From: Anaerohalosphaeraceae bacterium
Lineage (GTDB): Bacteria > Planctomycetota > Phycisphaerae > Sedimentisphaerales > Anaerohalosphaeraceae
NCBI GenBank assembly: GCA_050309605.1
Contig: JBNRMN010000052.1
Location: 3,794 to 67,793 of the forward strand
Length of the DNA: 64,000 nt
Reading direction: 5' to 3'
Shown here: one piece after another, positions 10,716 to 20,202 of the stretch
Layout: the number at the start of each line of letters is the position of its first letter
Numbering within the stretch: position 1 is the first letter of the stretch
The notes under the pieces: model-generated
Seen by the model: the letters and a program-made list of their open reading frames with translations, nothing else
The model's database searches: none
Told to the model about the DNA's origin: nothing
Position numbers and translations under genes: made by a program

Positions 10716-13010
10716 TTATTGTTCAGCCGCAGGATAAACCTGTATTCGTTGGCCGTCAAATCCAACAGCTACTATTTTTGTCGAGTCTTTGAAATAGGGC
10801 ACATCTGTGAAACTGCGTGGATGAGGGCTGCCGGTTCCCGTCATGGTAATGTGCGTCATCTCCCGGTCGCGATACGTTTCGAATACGACCGTATTCTTCC
10901 AGACAGAATGGTCAACCCGAATACCCCGTTCGGTTTCTGAAACGCCTTGGCCCGGGGCACCCTCAACAGCAAGGCGGTTTTTATAGGCCAGGTAACTGTT
11001 GCCGCTGATATAATGCAATGTGTCCTCAAACGGCAGCTTGGGATGCCGCGAGACAGATTCCACGACTTCCTGAATCATCTCGGCAGTGATGGTTTTGCGA
11101 GCGGATGTGTAATCACTGAAAAGCTTATCCACCTCCTGAAGCATACCGATTCGAATAAAAAATTGCGATAAGTCGTAGCCTACGGCATCACACACATGTT
11201 TGACAAAATCCACCTGCAATTGTCCATGCGGAATGCCCGTTTCATCACGTGTTCGAACCGCCTCATACACGTCGCCCCAAAAATACGGACGATGCCACGG
11301 ATTGCCCTCTCCGGCCAGATGGAAAAACAGCGTCAACTGCCACAGCGGACACAATTTGACAAAATGATCTCCGTCCCAGTAGCCGTTGCGTTCACCGTAG
11401 GCCCTGTCGGGACCAGCCTGCAAGCCCCATTCCTGGTCATGAATATGTGCATTGTTCAGATAGGCGTTAAAACGACCGCCAATCGTCCCTGCCACGCGTT
11501 CATGTTCCAGGCGCAGATTGTCCGGCGTAAACCGATACTGCGTATAGACCGAAAATATATTGTTCGTCACCTCCGTTGTTCCGACCCACATCATCCCCGG
11601 CCGTGTCTGATTAATATGTCCGAATTCGTGAACCGGTCCCCATGAGTTTTGCAGGATTTTCGGGTAATGGGCGACGACCCCCATGGTATTTTCGTTAAAT
11701 CCGGCGCCCAGTTGATCTCTGAACATATAACCGCGCCAGACCACTCGGCCGAACAGTCGGTTTTGAGGCACTCGACCGTGCTTAAACAATCCCAATAGGT
11801 GAAACTGGTGACGGACAATGGTATCGTACACATCCACCAGATCGCGAAGATTTTCAGGACTGTTTTCTTTCAGGGCATTGACCGTATAGGCCAATTGCAC
11901 ATGCCGCCCCCGTAAGTCCATAACGGGGCTGACGGCATGATTCAGCAGTGTTGCACCATCGGCGTTGGTATGTTTCCGAGCGTCAAAAAACCCATTGACC
12001 CGACCGGAAGCGATGTGCACGGTAATCGGCGGCGCGCTGTCGGGATGATCCACATAATAACTCAGATAACCGTTGCCGCGGCCTTTCGTTTTGAATTGGT
12101 TCACGCCCGTGCGCAACCGGTACGAATGGTCGTCGCCCGATTGGGCGAAATCACGCACGCGCAGTGAAATATCGCGGCCGTGGGTCCGGCCCACAAAGAC
12201 GAGCACATCCTGATCCGCTTCAAAGAAGAGGCCCGTGGGGTTCTCAAACTGATTGAACAGTCCCGTCTTGAGTTCCTCCGCCAGGCTGTACACATCGCGG
12301 TAAGCCTCATAGGCCTGAATACGATATTCACGCGGGTACGTCCCGTCAAACAGTTGCTGAGCAATCGTTTTCAACACACTGTTTTGAATCCCGTCGATAT
12401 CCTGCTGGGTAATGCCGTCAGCCAGTTCAGAAAATGTCACGTCGGTAAACAGTCGATAATCGGGATGATCCTCCGTGCGGGCGGCGGCGTAGGCCTCAAA
12501 CTGAGCCAGGGACACATAATACCTCTGATCTTGAGAATACGCATCAGTTACTGTAACGCGAACCGCCTCAGGGTTTTTTATCGGCGGGTTAAAATTGACA
12601 TAGCCGGCCTGATGGGTTCGCCGAAAGCGGAATGTTTCCACTTCCTTAAAATCAGTCTCGCCGGCTCGTTTCACCGCGACGGCGCCCGCTCGAATGATGC
12701 CATTGACGCCGGTAGTCCGGGGAGTCAGGACGATATAGCTGATTTCTTCAACGCCGGGTTCAAGGTAAAATGTCAGGGACAAAGGCGTATTCGGAGCAAT
12801 ACCCGACCAGGGGGAGTGGAACAACGTTGTCAAATCCCCGTCAACGGCGTTGTCAATCCGCTCTCGCGGCTGAAACAACTCCGGCGGCGCCAGCGCGGCG
12901 GATACCACGTTCAATTGGACATCTTGAGGAAAATCGGCGGCCGACAGTATTCCTGCAAGCGCACTCAATACCATAACCATTAAACCGACCGCATGTTGGC
13001 GACTTCTCAT
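10716..13010 (-). CDS. M60-like (enhancin-like) zinc metallopeptidase with an N-terminal discoidin-like domain; candidate mucinase
   Basis: The zinc motif VHEFGHINQ (HExxH) sits in the M60-like context. The N-terminal NAVDGDLTTLFHSPW is F5/8 type C-like. A signal peptide is present. Confidence 0.8.
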   Translation of the reverse strand: MRSRQHAVGLMVMVLSALAGILSAADFPQDVQLNVVSAALAPPELFQPRERIDNAVDGDLTTLFHSPWSGIAPNTPLSLTFYLEPGVEEISYIVLTPRTTGVNGIIRAGAVAVKRAGETDFKEVETFRFRRTHQAGYVNFNPPIKNPEAVRVTVTDAYSQDQRYYVSLAQFEAYAAARTEDHPDYRLFTDVTFSELADGITQQDIDGIQNSVLKTIAQQLFDGTYPREYRIQAYEAYRDVYSLAEELKTGLFNQFENPTGLFFEADQDVLVFVGRTHGRDISLRVRDFAQSGDDHSYRLRTGVNQFKTKGRGNGYLSYYVDHPDSAPPITVHIASGRVNGFFDARKHTNADGATLLNHAVSPVMDLRGRHVQLAYTVNALKENSPENLRDLVDVYDTIVRHQFHLLGLFKHGRVPQNRLFGRVVWRGYMFRDQLGAGFNENTMGVVAHYPKILQNSWGPVHEFGHINQTRPGMMWVGTTEVTNNIFSVYTQYRFTPDNLRLEHERVAGTIGGRFNAYLNNAHIHDQEWGLQAGPDRAYGERNGYWDGDHFVKLCPLWQLTLFFHLAGEGNPWHRPYFWGDVYEAVRTRDETGIPHGQLQVDFVKHVCDAVGYDLSQFFIRIGMLQEVDKLFSDYTSARKTITAEMIQEVVESVSRHPKLPFEDTLHYISGNSYLAYKNRLAVEGAPGQGVSETERGIRVDHSVWKNTVVFETYRDREMTHITMTGTGSPHPRSFTDVPYFKDSTKIVAVGFDGQRIQVYPAAEQ

Positions 13011-13070
13011 CTTTCAGCCTTTCATCTGCATTAAAATGACCTGCTCGGCGTTCTGCCCAACACCTTTCAC

Positions 13071-13119
13071 AAGACAAAAAGTCTCGGCGGGATTGCACCT
13101 ATCCCGAACCCGCCGAGAC
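13071..13119 (-). terminator. Intrinsic terminator downstream of the 1264-aa gene
   Basis: On the minus strand an 11-bp perfect stem (GTCTCGGCGGG ... CCCGCCGAGAC, 17-nt loop) is followed directly by TTTTTGTCTT. It lies 20 nt after the stop at 13140. Confidence 0.6.
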
Positions 13120-13139
13120 CTCGTATTCAGGCACGCCGT

Positions 13140-16100
13140 TCAGTCAAGCAGCCACATGCTCGACATCACGGCCAAATCCTCAAGATCAACCGCCTTGTCG
13201 CCGGTCAGATCCGCGCCCCCGCAGGGCGGAAAATCAGTACAGCCGCCGGCAAGCCAGTGCTCTGCCAGACCGGCCAAATCATCCAGCCCCTTTTCGCCGG
13301 TCAACATATCCCACACATACACCTCAAACAGGGCTTCCGTAAACCGGTCTTGCGAATCGGTCGCCCGAACGGTAAACGTATTCAATCCCGTATCGGCGTC
13401 GCGCGGCATACCGCTGAGCGTCCCGTCAGGTTCAACCACAAGCCATTGCGGGCCGGCGACTTTGGAAAAGACAGCCGGATGGCCGTCGAAGGAGGACGCC
13501 AGATGCGATACGCTGTCCAGGTAATCGCGGCCTTCCAGCGCATCGACGCCCTCAATCAATTCGGCTGCAAAATAAGGCGACCAATCATAATCGGGAGCAT
13601 ACGGCGCCAGATAGCGGCCCGGAATGACCTGCCGCTCAATGCCCGGCCCGCTCCAGGCCACCGACACATGATCGCCACCGCCGCCTTCTTTATGCAGCGC
13701 ACGGATGTAATAGGCGCGTCCGGCCTGAAGGCTGTAGGTGTTGGATTGTTGAGAGGCATATTTATCCCATTGTCGATGATCCGTCCAGGCCGAATCGCCG
13801 GTCACATTGGCAATGCGAATAGCGTTCGAAGCAGACGTTGTCGGACTGAGCCACAATTCCGAATTATCATCGCCGGCAATCCAAAACGTGTACTGACCCG
13901 TTGTCGGCGGGACAAGAAAACCGTGTATCCGCGACCCGTAATTATCCGCCCAGTTGATCGGCCCTTCAAACGAGTCAATCAGTTCCACGACATCGGGACT
14001 GTTCGGATAGCGGGCGTTGCCGGTCAATGCCGAGACCCGATTGCCGGAGATATTTCGCCAGGCTTGGCGCAAAATTCCGCCGAAACCGTCGCCGGTTGTA
14101 AATGTCCAGACCTGTCCCGGAATGATCTGGCCGCCGGCAAGCACAGTATCCACCCGCCAATAGTATCGGGTGTTTCGTTTCAGTGCATCCGGCCGATAGG
14201 TCGGCAAGGTCACTCGGCCTTCATACTGCACAGAAGACGTATCCGCAGCGGCCACCGCATCGTAATCCGTGCCGAGATAGACGTCATTGGCTGCCGCCGA
14301 GGCGCCCATCGACCACTTCAGATCAACAGACAAAAACATCGCCTGCGCGCCGTTAAACGGATTGGGACTTTCTGCCGCGCCGCCGGCAATCACGTCCTGG
14401 ATTTGACTTTCCGTCAGAGCGACACTGTAGATTCGCACATCATCCAGTCCGCCGTGGAAACTCCGGTCGGCCCGGCCCCAATCCCGTCCGACAGCCGAAC
14501 TGCCGTAGAAGGATTCGGGCTGATGGGCGGCATTGTTGACGGCCTTATTCAGCGCCGAGCCGTCATAGGTATAAAGAGTCGCCCGCGTCGGTTCAATCAC
14601 CAGCGCAACAAAGGCCGCCTGACCGACCGAAAGGGACAATCCGGAATTCCAGTTCCAGTACTTGTCATTCCAGTGATACCCCAGCCGGTTGTTATCCCGG
14701 AAATTCAGATTGGCCGCGCCGCCGTTGCGGCACGAAAAAATCGCGGCGTACGGCGTCTGAACACTGTCAGGCCGGACCCATGCGGTTATCGTCACCGTAT
14801 TGCTGCTGAAATTCATTGACGGCATTTCAATATAATCATCTTCACCGTCAAAGACCAGAGCGCGGCCGAACTTGCCCGGAATCGAATCCGCCTCGAAGGT
14901 CAAGCCGCCTCGTAATTGACCATGGTTGCCATTGATCGTTGAATCATAGGCCGTCGTACCGGAGGTTTCATCCAGTTTCCAGTATCCCCGAAGTGTCGGG
15001 TTCGGAACCTCCACGGTAACATGAACATTGCCGTGAGCAGTCCGCCCGGTTGAATCCACAATGGTGTACTGAAATTGATCCATCCCGATCTTATTGCCGG
15101 GCGCCCTATAAAACAACTCATCGCGACCGTTCGGGCCGGTTCCCGGCGACAGTTCCAATGTGCCGCCGAACGCCGTTGTTTCCGGAAAATCGGCAATCGC
15201 AATCGGATCCCCGTTGGCGTCATAATCATTGGCCAGCACATCCAGTCTGCCCGATTCGGTCGCCGCGACGGTGAACCGGTCAAGATTCGCATACGGGGGG
15301 ACCGGATAATCATACAGTCCGATGTTGCGGATATTGACGCCCTGATTCAGCTTCGATTGACGACAACTCATAATCTGGAGCAGTTCGGGATTTGAAAAAC
15401 GAGACAGCCCGTAATTGTTGCCGCTCATCACCGTCGCGCCTTCCGGATTGCCGCCCACATTATCGCTGGCTCCCAAGTTATGCCCGACCTCATGACGGGC
15501 CACATGCTGCCAGTTATGGTCGTTGCCGTTCCAGCCGTTAAAGGATCGCCCCCCCCAGCCGGAACCGCCGTAGTCGCAGACAAACGCCACCCCGCCGCCC
15601 ACCGAGCCGACCATCCCAATAAAATGGTGATTTACGCCGGGGAACATAGCATTCCAGTAATCATTGACGTTCCACCAGTCGATGCCCCATTGCTCGCTGG
15701 ATCGATCCAGACCGGCGTTGCTCGTGCGATAGACGACCTTGCCCAGTTTGACTTCCATCAGCAGATCGCGTGTATAAATCGCATTAAAATGCGCAACAGC
15801 GTTTTCCGCCTTGCGGGCGTAACTGGACAAATCAGAATAATTGGTGGCGTTCATATATTCGACCAGCACATCAAACCCGATATCGTGCTGATAAACAGTT
15901 TTATACAGATTGCCCAACCCGGCGGCTGAAGCGGTAAAAGAGGCTCCCGCATAGGGTGCTCCGGCGGGAGATTGAGGCGTTCCGCCGAGAGGGGTAAAGT
16001 TATTCACCGCCGCGGCATTGTCATTGGTTTCGTACGGCGGATTGTACCACCAGTCCGTTGCGTTGCCCTTGAACACGTGGTAGCGCAGATCGCCGTTGGG

Positions 16101-16934
16101 CAGCAGCGTTGCCTCGACATAACTGTCCGGCTCTTCCTCGCACCAGCCGCGATAGGTCCGCACCGGCCCGGCCTCAATCGGCAATTGGGTCAAGCCGTCC
16201 CCATCCAGCAAAATCACTTCAAAGTTCGGACCGCGATGGGAAACCCGCTCCAGATTAAAGGTGCGGATCTGACCGTTTCGCAGGACCGCCCCGCGCATCG
16301 TTTCCGGCGGATCAGCCGGATCAATCGTCATATCGGTCACCGCAGAGACTTTCACATCATCCACGCCGAAAAAGGGTTTGGCCGTTTGAGGGTTTCCATT
16401 GCCGATCAAAGTAATCTTTATGAACAGGCGATCGCCGGGATTCAGTGTACCGGTGGTAAATGCATGGGTGGTCTTGAAGTCATTTTTATTGGAGTTATTA
16501 CCCGAACCGGCACTGAGCACTTCCACCGGACCGCCGATAACGCTCACAGCCGAGGCCGCATCGGAACCAACCAATAAATCATAGGATGACAATGTCATTC
16601 GGGACGGGTCGGATGTCTCGGCCAACAGCAGCACTGAAAACTCATAATCGGTACCGCTGGCAATGTTAATGCCGTTGCTGGTGATGCGCGTACCATCCAC
16701 ATTGGAGATCCAGAGCCGCGTGCCGCCGTAAAGACCGGTATCGAAAATGCGCGACGCATCGCCTGTTCCCGGACCCGGATCAACCGTCCAGGTGGCCAGG
16801 AAATCAGAACCGGCAGGGTTTGCTGTCTGATAACTCTCAAAATCATCGCTGAAAATCACCATTCCGTTTACCGCCGACAAGCAGGCAGCCATCATTAAAA
16901 CTCGTGCATATTTCTTGATCATTGAAAACTCCAT
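13140..16934 (-). CDS. Large secreted multidomain protein: N-terminal paralogous domain, HExxH metalloprotease, cadherin-like, LamG, PA14, Ig-like and dockerin-like tail
   Basis: The reprolysin-like zinc site is HEVGHNLGASDN. A DVLANDYDANGDPI segment is cadherin-like. The LamG-like segment runs from FGRALVFDGEDDYIEM to DDVRIYSVALTE. The PA14-like segment is GSRIHGFLVPPTTGQYTFWIAGDDNSELWLS. The C-terminal tail is GGADLTGDKAVDLEDLAVMSSMWLLD. A signal peptide is present. Confidence 0.8.
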   Translation of the reverse strand: MEFSMIKKYARVLMMAACLSAVNGMVIFSDDFESYQTANPAGSDFLATWTVDPGPGTGDASRIFDTGLYGGTRLWISNVDGTRITSNGINIASGTDYEFSVLLLAETSDPSRMTLSSYDLLVGSDAASAVSVIGGPVEVLSAGSGNNSNKNDFKTTHAFTTGTLNPGDRLFIKITLIGNGNPQTAKPFFGVDDVKVSAVTDMTIDPADPPETMRGAVLRNGQIRTFNLERVSHRGPNFEVILLDGDGLTQLPIEAGPVRTYRGWCEEEPDSYVEATLLPNGDLRYHVFKGNATDWWYNPPYETNDNAAAVNNFTPLGGTPQSPAGAPYAGASFTASAAGLGNLYKTVYQHDIGFDVLVEYMNATNYSDLSSYARKAENAVAHFNAIYTRDLLMEVKLGKVVYRTSNAGLDRSSEQWGIDWWNVNDYWNAMFPGVNHHFIGMVGSVGGGVAFVCDYGGSGWGGRSFNGWNGNDHNWQHVARHEVGHNLGASDNVGGNPEGATVMSGNNYGLSRFSNPELLQIMSCRQSKLNQGVNIRNIGLYDYPVPPYANLDRFTVAATESGRLDVLANDYDANGDPIAIADFPETTAFGGTLELSPGTGPNGRDELFYRAPGNKIGMDQFQYTIVDSTGRTAHGNVHVTVEVPNPTLRGYWKLDETSGTTAYDSTINGNHGQLRGGLTFEADSIPGKFGRALVFDGEDDYIEMPSMNFSSNTVTITAWVRPDSVQTPYAAIFSCRNGGAANLNFRDNNRLGYHWNDKYWNWNSGLSLSVGQAAFVALVIEPTRATLYTYDGSALNKAVNNAAHQPESFYGSSAVGRDWGRADRSFHGGLDDVRIYSVALTESQIQDVIAGGAAESPNPFNGAQAMFLSVDLKWSMGASAAANDVYLGTDYDAVAAADTSSVQYEGRVTLPTYRPDALKRNTRYYWRVDTVLAGGQIIPGQVWTFTTGDGFGGILRQAWRNISGNRVSALTGNARYPNSPDVVELIDSFEGPINWADNYGSRIHGFLVPPTTGQYTFWIAGDDNSELWLSPTTSASNAIRIANVTGDSAWTDHRQWDKYASQQSNTYSLQAGRAYYIRALHKEGGGGDHVSVAWSGPGIERQVIPGRYLAPYAPDYDWSPYFAAELIEGVDALEGRDYLDSVSHLASSFDGHPAVFSKVAGPQWLVVEPDGTLSGMPRDADTGLNTFTVRATDSQDRFTEALFEVYVWDMLTGEKGLDDLAGLAEHWLAGGCTDFPPCGGADLTGDKAVDLEDLAVMSSMWLLD

Positions 16935-17086
16935 ATCTTATACATCCCCATCAAGTGATACTATCAGCCCCCCCGCAATGTCGCACTGTAAAAGACACAG
17001 GGGCTACGCCAACATAATCGTCTTTACAGTCTTATCTTGCCGTCATAGTATCTCCTTTCGTTCTCAGAATTATCGGTTGCTATTGC

Positions 17087-18274
17087 TCAGCAAAGCCCCA
17101 ATGCTTTGCCCACAGATAGAAACTTCTCTATCGCCATATCCAGATCATCCCGGGTATGCGCCGCGGAAATCTGGGTGCGAATTCGGGCCTTGCCTTCCGG
17201 CACGACCGGATACGCAAAGGCAATCACATAAATTCCTTCTTCCAACAGCCGCTCGGCCATCTGCTGAGCCGCTACCGCATCACCCAGCACAATCGGTACA
17301 ATCGGATGGTCGCCGGGCAGGACATTCAACCCCGTCTGCTCGATGCGCGATCGGAAATAGGCGGTATTTTCACGCAGTGTATCCAGCAGCGCTGACGACC
17401 GGCTGAGCATATCCAGCGCCGCCAGCGACGCGCACGCAATCGCCGGCGCCAGCGTATTGGAAAACAAATACGGCCGGCTTCGCTGACGCAGCAATTCGAT
17501 GATTTCTTGACGTCCCGTCGTGAACCCGCCGCTGGCGCCGCCCAGCGCCTTGCCGAATGTGCCGGTGATGATATCCACACGTCCCGCCACATCGCGATAC
17601 TCCGGCGTGCCGCGTCCGGTTGTACCAATCACGCCGGTGGCATGGCAATCATCAATCATCACCAGCGCATCATAGCGATCCGCCAGTTCACAAATCACAT
17701 CCAGCGGCGCAACGTATCCATCCATCGAAAAAACGCCGTCGGTGGCGATCAGCCGAAAACGTGCGTCGCGGGCGTCTTTGAGCTTCTCTTCAAGATCTTT
17801 CATATCGCAGTTCGTGTAACGATACCGCTGCGCCTTGCACAGCCGGATGCCGTCGATAATACTGGCATGATTGAGCTGATCGCTGATAATCGCGTCCTCC
17901 GGCCCAAGCAGCGTTTCAAACAAGCCGCCGTTGGCGTCAAAACAACTGCTGTACAGAATCGTATCCTCCGTACCGAGAAAGGCGGACACCTTCTGTTCCA
18001 ATTCTTTATGAATACGCTGCGTTCCGCAGATAAACCGCACCGACGACAGACCGTAGCCCCACTTGTCATAACTGTCTTTGGCGGCCTGAATGATCTTCGG
18101 ATGGTCGGACAATCCCAGATAATTGTTCGCACACAGATTCAGCACAGACCGCCCCGAAGCGACGTCGATGCGATTGTTCTGCGGACTGGTCAACACCCGC
18201 TCGGCCTTGTACAGACCTGACCGGCGCATCTGCTCAAGCTGCTTGGTTATAGATAATTGCATTTGGCCAAACAT
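17087..18274 (-). CDS. kbl: Glycine C-acetyltransferase (2-amino-3-ketobutyrate CoA ligase)
   Basis: Full-length match to the Kbl family: [27 protein letters not shown], and the PLP-Lys region [14 protein letters not shown]. Confidence 0.9.
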   Translation of the reverse strand: MFGQMQLSITKQLEQMRRSGLYKAERVLTSPQNNRIDVASGRSVLNLCANNYLGLSDHPKIIQAAKDSYDKWGYGLSSVRFICGTQRIHKELEQKVSAFLGTEDTILYSSCFDANGGLFETLLGPEDAIISDQLNHASIIDGIRLCKAQRYRYTNCDMKDLEEKLKDARDARFRLIATDGVFSMDGYVAPLDVICELADRYDALVMIDDCHATGVIGTTGRGTPEYRDVAGRVDIITGTFGKALGGASGGFTTGRQEIIELLRQRSRPYLFSNTLAPAIACASLAALDMLSRSSALLDTLRENTAYFRSRIEQTGLNVLPGDHPIVPIVLGDAVAAQQMAERLLEEGIYVIAFAYPVVPEGKARIRTQISAAHTRDDLDMAIEKFLSVGKALGLC

Positions 18275-18296
18275 ATCTCAATTCTCCGCTGTGCGG

Positions 18297-19328
18297 CTAC
18301 GTTGCCCAATTCAATATGACCTTACACGCTTTACCGGACAACATCGCCGAAAATCCCTTTTCATAATCCCGATAGTCAAAACGGTGCGTAATCAGCGGCG
18401 CGATATCCAGCCCGCACTGAATCAGCATCGTCGTGTTATACCATGTTTCGTACATCAGCCGTCCGTAAATCCCCTTCAGTGTCAGTCCATTGAAAATCAC
18501 CAGATTCCAGTCCACCTGCGTCGGAGGCAAAAGACCCAGCAGTGCAACCTGTCCCCCATGCGCCATCGAGGTCAGCATATCTGTCAGAGCCGACGGACTG
18601 CCGGACATCTCCATCCCGACGTCAAAACCCTCTTTCATTCCCAATTCCCGCTGCACCGCATCCAGCGATTCGCTGCGCGGGTCAATGGTTTTCGTCGCAC
18701 CCATCTTTCGAGCCAGCGCCAGCCGATCCGGATTGATATCGGTCACCACGATAAATCGGGCGCCGACTTGCCGGGCCACGGCCGTGGCCATACATCCAAT
18801 CGGCCCGGCCCCGGTAATCAGTACATCCTCGCCGACGACACGGTAGGTCAGGGCCGTATGCACTGCATTGCCAAGCGGATCAAAACAGCTCAGCACCTCC
18901 AAATCAATCGACGTATCGCAATACCAGACATTGGTCACCGGTACAGAGATATATTCGGCAAACGCCCCGTCGCGATTAACGCCGATCCCCTGCGGCGAAT
19001 GACACAAATGCCTTCGCCCGGCCAGACAATTCCGACAGCGGCCGCACACGACGTGACCTTCGGCACTAACGATGTCTCCTGTCTTGAAATCGTGCACGTT
19101 ACTGCCCATCTCCACGATACGCCCGACAAACTCATGTCCGATTACCATCGGCGTACGAATGGTCTGCTGTGCCCATTGATCCCACGTGTAAATGTGGACA
19201 TCTGTCCCGCAAATCGAGGTTTTCAGGACCTGAATCAAGACATCATTGATGCCGATTTTTGGAATCGGGACTTCTTCGAGCCACAACCCCTCTTTTGCTT
19301 CTTTTTTGACCAATGCCTTCATAGTCAC
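18297..19328 (-). CDS. tdh: L-threonine 3-dehydrogenase
   Basis: Zn-ADH signatures ICGTDVHIY and GHEFVG are present. The 343-aa length and its position directly upstream of kbl match the classic tdh-kbl pair. Confidence 0.9.
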   Translation of the reverse strand: MTMKALVKKEAKEGLWLEEVPIPKIGINDVLIQVLKTSICGTDVHIYTWDQWAQQTIRTPMVIGHEFVGRIVEMGSNVHDFKTGDIVSAEGHVVCGRCRNCLAGRRHLCHSPQGIGVNRDGAFAEYISVPVTNVWYCDTSIDLEVLSCFDPLGNAVHTALTYRVVGEDVLITGAGPIGCMATAVARQVGARFIVVTDINPDRLALARKMGATKTIDPRSESLDAVQRELGMKEGFDVGMEMSGSPSALTDMLTSMAHGGQVALLGLLPPTQVDWNLVIFNGLTLKGIYGRLMYETWYNTTMLIQCGLDIAPLITHRFDYRDYEKGFSAMLSGKACKVILNWAT

Positions 19329-19412
19329 CTGCTTTCAGCGAAATCGGCTTGTTCCGTCAAACCCCCATAAAACGCTATGTCTTTGTTTATACCGACCAAC
19401 CTATCCATGCGT

Positions 19413-20132
19413 TCACTTAAATTCGAGCGTTCCAAAACCATCGGGCCGATGAAAATCCGGCGACGCCGTCGAAATCGGCGACCAGCTCAGCCAATGCGGC
19501 CGCGAACTCTCATCGGCGCACTTGTATAAATTACCGCGCCAGACCGCCCCTGCTTGCGGCTGTTCGACGGTCGCATAACGCCGAAGCAAGGCAAACGGCA
19601 GCGCGTATTCCATAACCCAGACCACGGGGGTTTCAATCTCGGACGCAATCGGCCGCTCGGCAAGAGACGCGGCACGCTTGATTTGCCTGCAATCGTCGTT
19701 CTCCAGAAAACGGATGTCCCGATGCGGCGCCGTCTGGTATCGCATTAACAGGGTCCCGATGCAATTGACTTCAAGATTAAAATACGCCTCGGACGGCTCG
19801 GCCTGCGGCGTAAAGAAAAACTCCACACAGCTATCCTTCCAGACCGGCCCGTGCGTGTCCGTCGCAACCGCCCGAACCCATTGATCCTCCACCCGAAAGA
19901 TCACATACAGGGCATTCTCGTCATAACGCATTTTGGCCTGCGTCACGGGACGATGCGAACCGGTTGTCGGCTGGGCACAGGCAATCTCCAGCGGCGCGGT
20001 CCTCTGCCAGACAGGCTTTTCAAAATCCGCATCGACTGCAATCGGCTGCGGTGCGGGCAAGACGCGATAGGCCCTGGCCGCCGTCGGCGAAGCCTTGTCG
20101 CCCGTTTGAATTGAAAGTCTGCCTTGTGTCAT
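19413..20132 (-). CDS. Carbohydrate-binding family 9-like (CBM9_2/DOMON-like) protein, no obvious signal peptide
   Basis: The pattern DADFEKPVWQ...YDENALYVIFRVED...DSCVEFFFTP...FNLEVNCIGT is typical of CBM9-like domains. This is a family-level call only. Confidence 0.5.
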   Translation of the reverse strand: MTQGRLSIQTGDKASPTAARAYRVLPAPQPIAVDADFEKPVWQRTAPLEIACAQPTTGSHRPVTQAKMRYDENALYVIFRVEDQWVRAVATDTHGPVWKDSCVEFFFTPQAEPSEAYFNLEVNCIGTLLMRYQTAPHRDIRFLENDDCRQIKRAASLAERPIASEIETPVVWVMEYALPFALLRRYATVEQPQAGAVWRGNLYKCADESSRPHWLSWSPISTASPDFHRPDGFGTLEFK

Positions 20133-20202
20133 TCTTACATCCTGGCCGTATAGCCATTAATCACATACAAATCACTTTGATATCGTATCGACGACAGCCG
20201 CA

